Positions 12,545-23,900 of a stretch of DNA of 64,000 bases are shown here, one piece after another. Positions within the stretch are counted from its first letter, which is position 1. Each line of letters begins with the position of its first letter. The translations under genes and the position numbers were made by a program. Origin of the DNA: Paragordius varius (lineage: Eukaryota > Animalia > Nematomorpha); assembly GCA_964247055.1 (NCBI GenBank), contig OZ176055.1, forward strand, positions 7,936,001 to 8,000,000. Direction: 5' to 3'. The notes below the pieces were generated by a model, which saw only the letters and a program-made list of their open reading frames with translations, was not told where the DNA came from and did no database searches.

Positions 12545-14446
12545 TTGATTGAAAAGTATATGGGGAGCGCCGATAATTATGATAAACTTTTGAGTGTAGA
12601 AAACAACACATGTTTACGTTCTCAGGCTATTGCTTGCGCTAATGAGCTTATAACGATTGCAATTGGAAACATACCAGCCACCATGGAATATATGGGACAA
12701 ATTCACGATCCCTCTATCTATAGATTTTGTGCTATCCCACAAGTATTTATTATATATATTATATATATATATATATATATATCCATGTATGAACATTTTC
12801 ATTTCAAACATTTTTAACTCAATCATAAACATTTCCAAATTCACCCTTAACATTTCAATCAAAATCACTGTCAAACAAAAAATTATATGATATTGGGTTT
12901 AATTGACTCACTCATAATTATTATTATAAATTTCTTTTTGGTATTTTTTAATGATGAAAAATATAGGTAATTATCAATTTTAGGTGCCTTATTATGATTT
13001 GATCAAAAATACCTAATTTTTTTGTTATTTTTGAATTTTTTTAAATAAAATTAACAAAATAGAGTAACAGAGAAGAAAAATAGACTAAAATTTTAATTAG
13101 GTACCACATGAACCATAATTAAAAATAACGGGGTTTTTCACCGATTTTTCTAAGTTTATTAAATGCCAAAAACTAAGTTAAAAAATAGTTCAACCTTTAA
13201 TTATGCGTTTTAATGGCTATTTCAAGGCATGATACTTGCAAAAAAAATTTAAGATTATTAAAACTTAAAAAGTGGTATCATTATTGCCATACTTATATTA
13301 AGGTATTTAAATTACAAATATTACAAAAGGCGTTTTTGCCATAAATAGTTTCTTACGACTGCTTTAATTTATTAAAATGTTAGCCAGCCATCCTTCTTGA
13401 TAATTATATATTTATTCATTAATTTGTGAAGTATTGAAAATATATGCATTTCAATAATAAATTTACTCTAAATGCTTTATTTAAGGTTATGGCGTTGGCT
13501 ACACTCACTCTGTGTTACGATAATGGAGCCATTTTCGAAAGGAATGTCAAAATTGCACGATATGAAACAGTTAAAATCTTTAACAATTGTCAAACACATT
13601 CACGTACTAAAACTATGTACACCTATTATCTCACACAAGTAGAATTAGATTTTTCTATTTTCAAATTTTAACAAAAGTTAAATATTTAGCATTTTAATAC
13701 CTACATCAAAATTGATACCGATTTCAAATTATAGTATTGAAATATAAAACAAAAAAAACTAAAAATACAGTTTTTTAAAAAACAACTATACTTTTATATG
13801 AACCATGAATCATTTCTACATAAATTTTACAATTTGCTGTTGTATAAAAACTTGGGGTTTGAAAAAGTAGGGTTATGTTTAAAAAAATATTTGTTTTTAA
13901 GTTTTACGTTTTGCTTATAATCTTTATTATATTTGTACTGATATAGCTTAAAAATAAAATGTTGCGTGCACGTCAAAAATATAACGCAAGCTTACAAACT
14001 AAACCTAAACAAAAGCAACAAGGTTTGCTATTATTAGAAGATGAATCGAATCAAAAAAATAATGGATTAGAACTTAGCCAAAGAATATGCGATACATTTG
14101 AATTAATGAATCAGAATATAGAACGAGCTTTGGAATGTTGTCATTCTGAATATTATAATTTGCGAAATATCCGTGGTTTAAAGTTTAAAGATCCTACCAA
14201 AAATGGAGGTTATTCATTGTTTTAAACCATATTTTTTAAAAAAACTCTTTTATAGATATTTTATTTTTTCATTTTATAGCTAAACCAAAGATGGCCTTAC
14301 CCCTTATCTCTTCAAATAACTTGGCTCCAGTGTTTTGGTGTCAAAAAGATTTTTACGTACAAATTGTTAACTTTTGCTTACTGCCTATCCTTTTTCTCAT
14401 TATATTTATAATGGTTAGAGTTATTAGAAGATTGTATTTTAGCTAA
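10701..14446 (+). CDS. FDFT1: Squalene synthase (farnesyl-diphosphate farnesyltransferase), multi-exon
   Basis: Spliced exons give SRSF flap, [53 protein letters not shown]|VMALATL and a C-terminal hydrophobic anchor ([18 protein letters not shown]). First introns are 28 nt (10779-10806) and 25 nt (10905-10929). An alternative in-frame ATG lies at 10689. Confidence 0.92.
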
Positions 14447-14736
14447 TCATCAAACCTCATTAATATATTATTTTTTCCATTTTCAAATAGCACATTTAAA
14501 ATTTATATGGCATTTCTCAGCAAATTGTGGAATAATTGTTACTTTTTCATAAAAACGCGCACTTTTTGAAAAATTTTACATGCAATTTGATATTTTTTGC
14601 ATTTTTTTACACCATACCTGCACACACATCAATTATATATATTATATAAATGATTCTAGTCATTTTTTTCTGCACAACACACTCAAAAATCACCATCAAA
14701 TATAATTTAATTTACAATTTTTTATATATAAATAAA

Positions 14737-17281
14737 TCAAATTAATTCATCAATCCCCACTTCTGTATGCGGTACATATTTTAGAGTAGTGTTTGAATTA
14801 TCATACACTTCTAGGTATCCTTGGTCACCACTTAATTTGTTGTGTAATTTCATGTTTCTCATATAAGCATAAGCCTTAATATTATCTTTTTCCTCTCCAC
14901 TCTGCAGTGATTTATTAAAGGGTCTAACCTAAACATCAAAATAAAAATTTTTATAAGTTTTTGAATTATAAAAGTTAGTTAAAAAACTTTGCTATTATTA
15001 CCCCAATGAGTAATCTTTGATAAAGGTCAGGGACACCTTCAAATTTATCCAAAAATTTTAACATGGATTCATTTACTTCATATACCTCTCCATACACGTG
15101 CTAAAATTATGAGATATAAAAAGAAAACTTAAAATGCATTAAAAATCTATCTAAATTAAATTTGTTATCTAACGTATAAGGAAAGTTTTCCATATCGTTA
15201 ATTTTGGCATGACCTTTTTAGTATTTAAAAATTGTTCATGTTTTATGCAAAATATATTGTCGATTTCTTCTCTTCATTGGCAGCCAGCAAGCCTTTGCAA
15301 CTTTATTCGCGGCCCGCCTAAATACTAATATACAGTATGAGTAAGTATACATTGATAGAAAACTTATTAATTATGCCATATAGTAAATAAAAAACAAAGG
15401 GGGCAGTGTTATTGGCTTATAGTTATTTTTTACTATTATTAGCCAATAATACTGCCCTTTGTTTTATTTACTATTTGGCAATAAATAATAACTTTCTAGC
15501 AACGTATACTTACTCATACTGTAAAATTAGAAAATTTCGAAAAATTTAGACTGCAGGCTTGATGAATGTAGTGGGAAAGCTATTTTTAATCTTTATGAAA
15601 ACTAATAATATCATTATTTAGCCGTTACTGTATATTCATGTGTAGATTTCGGACATAAACACCTTTCAACTGACAAGTAAGGTGTTATTTTAATGTATTG
15701 GTAAATGATTTATATTTTTGGCAGGATAATATAAAAAAATGAAGACAAGAAAGGAGTTTTGATTTTTTCTCTAATCATAAAAACATTATTAAAATGCTGT
15801 CCTTTATAATGCAAATATTAAATAACGCAATCACCTTTTAGTAGATTAAATATTAGCAAAAATATCTATAAAATTAGGCGGAATAGAATATATATGCTGT
15901 GGATTTCTAAAAACGCATTATATCAAAAAATATTGTTAATTAGCAATTCTCTTGCAAAATTTTACCACCAATTTCCTTCTTCTCGATTTCTTGTTAAATC
16001 ACTTAAAAGATTAGCAATATAAATAAATTATGATTGAAAAAAATAGCTCGCTTTATAATATGTTTATTACAACTTAATTGCAAATTTTGCTAATTTTTAA
16101 TTCAAATCAGTTGTGGTTGCTTTTTAATATTTAGGCATGCTTTAAGTAAATGTATGTATAGTTAACCATTGATCACTAACAAATAATTTTATTTTCTGTC
16201 ATAATATTATTAATTTTTGGTTTTTGGGGCCTAAATGTACCCAATGATGGCGGGGCGGGGTATAATTTGTTTAAGTTACTAAACATTAAAATTATCTACT
16301 GAGGTCCCATTGTGTCAAAAAAGAAATATCTGGCTGCAAACAAACATTTTTGGTGTTTAAAAACGGTGATATCAGTCACCATGTATTGGTTAAATGTAAC
16401 TGCGGTTAAACCTCTTTTTGTCTAAAGCACGGGATTGAACCAAAAAAATTCACAAAATCGTAGAATTTATAAATCACATATTTTGTCATTATATAATTGA
16501 TCGGAGTTAAATGAAAACTTTTTCGTCAGGAAAAATATCCCCATAAAAAGTGTATGTTTAATTTTTAGAGGTTTTATGCATATTCTTGTAATGATATGCA
16601 TAAATTGAATTATAAAATATTCAATGTTTTGTCCAATTAACCAATTTTTGCAGTTATATAATTTTTAAAAAACTAGGAATATGATTAATATCATGATGAA
16701 AAATTTACAAAAATATCAGTTTTATTTTTATTTATGATTAAATATTGTCGCTCATAAAAGTCTCACATATGTTATTTTGCACAAAAATTGGTAAAAAAGG
16801 TCAACTCACAAAAAAATCCACATCGATAAATGTTATTAGTGTTACCGAACCTTTTAAGATTAATACAAGGTAGATAATACATTATAATTTATAAAATCTT
16901 ATAAAAAAACAATTTTCTTTTCATTTTGTATTGTGCTGAAGTCCAAAATATCTGCTCATTTTACGTATATTTTTATGAAGTCAAATTCCTGAAGGTTAAT
17001 AAGTGTTTATAATTGCACTTTTAAATGGCATAAACAATGTTATATATCGTAAAAAAATTCAAGTGTATTCATAAAAAAACCTTTCCTTCACCAGGCTCAT
17101 TCAAAAGAAATGGAATATTAAACTGTGTGGATATAATCAATGGATATTCTGGAACAGTTTTTCCATCAAACTTATATTGAATAAATTTATTTCCCGAAAT
17201 ATTTTCGATTAAATAATGATTTGGCTGATTACGTTTCAATGTACCGTAAACAAATAGAAGACTCGTGTCACCAATCCCCAT
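14737..17281 (-). CDS. GGACT: Gamma-glutamylaminecyclotransferase, 3 exons
   Basis: Exon 1 LFVYGTLKRNQPNH...YPLII.TQFNIPFLLNEPGEGK; exon 2 (~15100-15002) HVYGEVYEVNESMLKFLDKFEGVPDLYQR; exon 3 ends VGIDELI*. Phase-0 GT-AG joins. Confidence 0.88.
15333..15521. mobile_element. Fold-back (near-palindromic) MITE in GGACT intron 1
   Basis: TA|CAGTATGAGTAAGTATAC...GTATACTTACTCATACTG|TA; almost the whole element is an inverted repeat (inner GGGCAGTGTTATTGGCT / AGCCAATAATACTGCCC). Confidence 0.8.
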
Positions 17282-17444
17282 TTTAATACAATCATAAAAA
17301 CACACCCTTATTCTAATAAACTACCCATTTTAACATTGATTTTATTTTTTTTATTGAACATAAATAAAAAATATAGATAGTTGATTTAAAATCATTTATT
17401 GATACATATAATAATTATAAATATGATATGGATGGATTAATAGG

Positions 17445-17863
17445 TTACGCTCTAGTGTATTTTCCCCATATGTGAAGCAAAAAAACGGATGCAATAAAAG
17501 TGAGGCTCATAACTAAAACTGGTACTGGTCCACTATAAAATTAAATAAAAAAAATAGTTACATACACTTTGATTCCTGGAGAATCATCGGTATAAAAACG
17601 CCACATACCAGCATTATTCGTTCGGGCTCTGGGAGCCGTTGTGGATGAAACAGTTTTTCTATTATTAGTATAAATATATTTTAAGAATAACCATAGAAAC
17701 AATAAAAATATTTTTAAAAATTGTTGCTACCTCTGTCTTAAACCACTGGAAGAACTGGCTCCCATTCTCGATCCCGATGGTTTGGCTGTTTTGCCTCCTG
17801 AACCAACTGTAGTAGAACTTGCGGCAATAGTCTAAAAATTGGATTTAAACCAAAAAATACCAT
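17445..17863 (-). CDS. SEC61B: Sec61 translocon beta subunit, 4 exons
   Basis: ATG-only first exon, then [14 protein letters not shown]...GLRQR, ...[16 protein letters not shown], and [28 protein letters not shown]. Confidence 0.95.
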
Positions 17864-17952
17864 TTTAACAAGGTACTAATTTGACGACGTATCGATTTCG
17901 TGCCTAACTATGAATGTAACAAAAACAGTTGTGCAAAAAATTTAATAACGGC
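17864..17952. promoter_or_regulatory. Putative bidirectional promoter between SEC61B and CPSF2
   Basis: Only 89 nt separate the two divergent start codons; promoter function is inferred from geometry. Confidence 0.5.
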
Positions 17953-20900
17953 ATGACTTCAATCATAAAATTTGAACCCTTATCTGGGGTATGGGATGAG
18001 GGACCATTAGCCTATATTCTTCAAATCGATGATTTTACTTTTCTGTTAGATTGTGGTTGGGATGAAAATTTTTCCATACAAACTGTTAAAAGCATGAAAA
18101 AGTTTATAAATTGAATATTTATAGTTTTGCTCACAAAATTGACGCTGTTCTTATTACATATCCAGATCTTTATCATTTAGGCGCTTTGCCTTATTTAGTC
18201 GGAAAGTGTGGTTTAACTGCTCCAATCTATGCCACTATACCGGTTTATAAAATGGGCCAGATGTTTATGTATGACAATTATCAAGTATATTGGCATTATT
18301 AACTTTGTTAGTCTAAAAAGAACAATGAAGAGTTTGAGCTATTTAGTTTGGATGATGTTGACTCTGCGTTTGATAGAATTACTCAATTAAAATACTCGCA
18401 AACGGTAGGATTAAAAAGTATGTTGCGTAAAAATACTAATTTGATATTTTTTAGGCATAATAATCTTTTCCGATATTTGTTACTTATTTACAATATATTT
18501 CCTTTTCTTTCAATATTTGTATTCTATAACAATTTTTTTACATAAACAAAAAAATATTACCTAAATAATTTTATTTTCTGTTCCAGTTCCATTGTTTTTT
18601 TGTCAAATGGTTTTAATTACAGTTTCCCTTTTTTTAATTTATTGATGGCCTATATTTTCTCACAATGTGGTATATATAAGCATACAAACTATAAAAAATT
18701 GTTATACGTTGCTTTTTTTTTCTAAAATCGATAAACTTGATTATAAAACAGAGGTAAATTTTTATTAACTTGTTTAATTTTTTTTAAAAATATTAAGAAT
18801 TCAATAAATCTCTATTTTGACAATCGTTATGGTTCCTAAAAACAGTTTTTATTCAAATTCATGATTAACAAACCTTTCAAAAATAATAAGAATTGGATTG
18901 TAAAAATTTCATTGTTTTTTTTAAAAAAGGTAAAGGTCATGGGTTAGAGATTACAGCTATCCCTGCAGGTCATATGATTGGCGGAACGATTTGGAAAATT
19001 GTTAAGGACGGCGAAGAGGAAATTATATATGCCGTCGATTTTAATCACAAAAAAGAACGGTTTTTTACATTTTATTTAATTATTTTTTTATTTGTAAAAT
19101 TTTTTACAGTAAGCATTTAAATTTAAAACTGATAAAATGTGTAATATATTTTCTTGTATACAATCAATTAGGTAAAAAATTGTAATTAATTATGTTACAA
19201 TTAATGACTGTCTTTTTTTGCCTTTTATTTTTAGTTTTGTTATTTTAAATGATATTGATAAAAAAATGTTTTTTGCATTTAGACATCTCAATGGATGTCA
19301 AATTTTGGAAAATTTGTCGCTTACAAAGCATGCCAGTGGTATATTTTTTTAAAAAATCATTATACATGTGATTTTTTATTATTTTTTGAAATACTTATAG
19401 AATATGATTATTAACTTTTTTTCTATTAACTAACCATTAGTTTACCTTAATGCAAGTGCAAAAATAATAAATTGTATTGGACTTGCAATTATTATATGTT
19501 GTTTCCTTAATTTTTTTTAAAAAAAATAATTTGGAACGAATAATCATTTAAGTATGCCTCTTGAAATATATTATTTGATTAAACTGTATTTTTTTCATTA
19601 ATTAAATCAAAATAATATCTTTTACTCTAATTTTTACATGTTTTGTCTTTCTTTCCGTTAAAATTTTCTTTTTTTAAGCTAAAATATAATTCTTATGATT
19701 TGCACTCTAAAACTTTGATTTGATAGTTTTATTACGGTAAAATGAAATTATATATCCACTAACTTTTCAACATTTATTTTATAAATATCATTCTTATTGG
19801 ATATTTCCCTCTTCTCTAACATATACCACTTACAGTTCAAATTCACCTCTAAACAATTCAAATTTACCCTTAAAGAATTCAAATTCACCCAAAAATTATG
19901 CATTTTTGAACTAATATAACTCATTATTAATATTAAATATATCTTTATGGCATAGTTTATTATTTTTTCAGTATTTTGATATTAAACAAAATTTTATGTT
20001 TTTAAAAATATATAAAAATAGAGGCAAGTTTTAATCTTTAAAAACACATAATTTATTTTAGGGTGAATTTAAATTGTTCAAGATTGAATTTGAATTGTAA
20101 ATGGTAAATCATTTTTATCCATAAATTATCTTTTTCCTTAAAATATAATATTTTTTTCTTTTTATACTTTTTTTTACGTATGCATATAAATAAAAAAGGT
20201 GGGCCAACCCGGGATAAACCTTGCAGTTTACTCATAACAGATGCCATGAATAGTGGATATGAACAAAGTAGGAGACGCCTTCGTGATGAACTCCTTATAA
20301 CTCGAATCCTTAAAACGCTCCGAGATGAGGGTGGAAACGTTCTCCTGCCCATAGATACGGCTGGGCGAGTGCTTGAAATTGCACATTTATTGGTATGAAA
20401 GTTTGTAAAGTTTTTGGGAGTTTTAATTGATTTTGTAAAATTTTTGTGATGTTTTTAGGTATATTTTTTGAAAAAGATAAAATCCCTTTTGGACAGTTAT
20501 ATAAATAAATGCCTTTATACCTATAGACACGGCTCATAGAATGCCGAAATTATTTATTTATATGAATTTGTATAAAAACTTGATTTGTTTAAAGGCTTTG
20601 GGGTTTTTCGGTTTTAAAAGGGACTTAGTTGTTTTCTGATTTTATACGTTTTAGAGGTGTTTTGCCCTTAGATACGGCTGGCAGAGTGCTTGAAATGGTA
20701 TTGGTAAAAAGTTTATAAAAAATGAGTTTTGACTGATTTTGTATAGTTTTGTTTAGGATCCTGAAATAATTTTGGTTTAATGATTTTTTGGTTTTATATA
20801 ATTGCTTAATTTTTTCAAGGAGGTTAATTTATTTTTTTCGTTTGAAATTGCTCAAATATTGTATTTATATGATTTCGTTTATTTTGTTATAATATATTTT

Positions 20901-23900
20901 ATAAAATAAAAAAATATTTTGCAAAGGACTTTTTGATATTATCTACCATTCAGAGTTCAATTCACCCTTGAACAATTTAGTTTTACCTTAAAAAAATTAT
21001 GTGTTTTCGAACTATAACTCATTATTAATATGAAATATATTTTTTCGGTATTATTTTAATTTAAAACAAGATTTTAAAAATATAGGTATTTTATAGTAAA
21101 TTTGAATTGTTCGAGGGTGAATTTGAATTGAAAATGGTATATGTTTAAAAAAGTATGGGTTATTCTATTAACATATATATTGTTTAAAAAGTATGGTTAA
21201 CTCTATTAAGATATATATAGGTATTTTTATAAAAACAACACTTTTTTAACATCAATTAGGCGATTTGAAACCATTAACTTAGCATTTTTCCACTACCATT
21301 TTTTTCAATTCACTAAACACATTTGTTTGTCTTATCAGTTGATATTCACATGAATTTTTTTAGAAAAGTTTAATTTTTCGAAGATTTAACAGCTAAAATT
21401 TTATTTTATATGTCAATACATACTTATTCATACTTGACATTCATTTTCTACCTTCTTAAACTTTTTAAAAAAATAGTTTTTGAATATAAAGGTTTACTTT
21501 ATTGGTTTTATATTGATTTTTTTATTTCTAGGATCAACTTTGGCGTAATCCGGATAGTGGTTTAAGTGCATATCCTCTCGTATTTCTCAACAATGTAAGT
21601 TACAATGTTGTAGCTTTTGCCCAAAATCAGATTGAATGGATGAGTGAAAAGATTAGCAAAATAACTATGCCCCCTAACAATAGTTTTTATTTTTATAAAC
21701 TACTTTTTTGGTTTTTTATTTGCACATCATTTTTTATGATAAGGAATTAATTGGGAACATTCGGAAATTTATTAATATATGATTAGTAAGTTAGGAAATG
21801 TTCGCATATACATATATGAATATATATATGTTTTCAAAAAGTTTCCTTTTTGTTAATTTTTCATATTATAATTAAATGGATTAACAATATTATTTACACA
21901 TAATCATTGATTTATATATTAATTATTTTTGCATTCAAATAAAGCAAAAAATATTATTGTACTATCAAAATTAATTATGATAAAATTATGTAATTATTTT
22001 TGCCCATTTTAAATTTTCAATTTTACAGGTGTCGAACAATCAAGCGTGTCCCCGTTTCATTTCAAACATTTGACTCTTTGTCACAATTTATCAGATCTGG
22101 AAAGGATATCTTCTCCAAAAGTATGTATAATAATTTTAGATTTCTTTGTTTTATAAAATATTTAGATTCTATATATAAATTGTTTTTAGAAATCTCTATA
22201 TATACCCTTTTTGTTATAGTTAACATCATCTATAAATGGGTTATTTAAATAAATTTTTTTTCGATTTTACGTAAAATTTATTTTTTTGCGTCCTAATCTC
22301 ATTATATTATGATGTCTACGTTATAATCGGTTATATACATAATAATTATTTTAATTAAAAATATATTTTCCTGCATACCTTTAATCATTTACAACAGGTG
22401 TGTCCAACAAAATGGCTTCGCGGGCTGTATTTAAAATATTTATATAAACATTTATAAATTATATAATGGATTTCAAACATAAGACGGAAAATACAAACGT
22501 AATATAACAATTTTTTTCGGTAGTTTTTGCCAATTGTATAGATTTATTTAAAAAGGTTTTTTGAGAAATATCAATTTTGCTAAGAATTTTGGCATTTTAA
22601 CATTTTTCCCTGGCCGGGTGTTGGAGACCCCTGTTTTACATTTTTTATATGTTTTTTTAAATTATTTTAGACATGGTTTAATACAATTTCAATTTCTTTA
22701 TTCTTTATATGTCATATTATTATTATTATAATTTTATTATCAAAATTTTTTTTAAACCATTTTATTTTCTTAATGACCACAAATTGGTTTTTAATGGTTA
22801 TATAGGAATTTTTTTTTGATATTTTTATTTTTATTAATACGACCGGATTGATTTTATTTAGTTTGTCTAAAACCTTAATTTTTGTTATAATAGCACACAT
22901 AAAAGGTGGTTTACTGAAAAAATTTTTAAACATTTTTATTATACGACCAAAATGGTTTTAGTTTGGTTTATTCCTTTATTTTTAACACTATAATGTTATT
23001 TTATGTTGATTTTAATGAAACACTTTAATTTTAACGCTGTCATATGAAGGTGATTTTATTTAAAAATTTTAATTTTTTAATATTTATAAACGGTGTTTGT
23101 ATTATTTTGATTTTTTAATTTTAAACCATTTATATTTTTTGAAAGGTGGTGTTAGCTTCTAGCCCAGGGCTTGATAGTGGATATAGTCGAGACTTGTTTA
23201 TAGAGTGGTGTGCCAATGCTAAAAATACCATAATTTTAACCTCAAGAACAACGCCAGGAACCCTAGCTAGAACCCTTATAGATGATACTACTGGCATGAT
23301 TAAAACTTTAACCCTAGAAGTTTACATTTTATTAATTATTTATGATAACTTTTGATTACAATTGATTTCTTACTGAGAATTTACACACAGACTAATTACT
23401 TAAATAATTAAAGTTTTTTTTACCACATTTTTTCCTTTTGAATTTTTTCTTTATAACTTTTTTAATTAAAATCTATACTCCTTTTTATCATTACTGTCAA
23501 CATTTATTGATAATATTTTATGTGTAATTAATACCACGGCAAAAGTTAGACTAGTTTGGGTTTTTTATTTTAAAACAGCAATAACAGTTTTATTCATTGG
23601 AATCGGTCGTTTCGATTTTTTAAAATATTAAATAAATATTGTTTCATCACCCTAAAATCCAACAAATTTAAATTTCAACTTTACTTAAACATTGTAAAAT
23701 AAATAGTTATTTTAATTGTATGTTAAATAGTATTACATATCTAATACCCCGCACATATGAGTCTTTAATTGTTAAACTCCTCATATTAATGATTAAAATT
23801 ATTAAAATTATACAAACAAATCAATAAATTAGATGAAAATTTATTGATAAAAATAACAATCGTTAAAGCAAATTATCAAGAAAAATATTAATATTTTTAT

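Noticed and set aside
16225-16310. Intronic C/D-box snoRNA-like pattern (ATGATG...CTGA) in GGACT intron 1
   Set aside because: Box C is imperfect, no rRNA-complementary guide could be identified by eye, and such motifs occur by chance; needs snoscan or small-RNA data.
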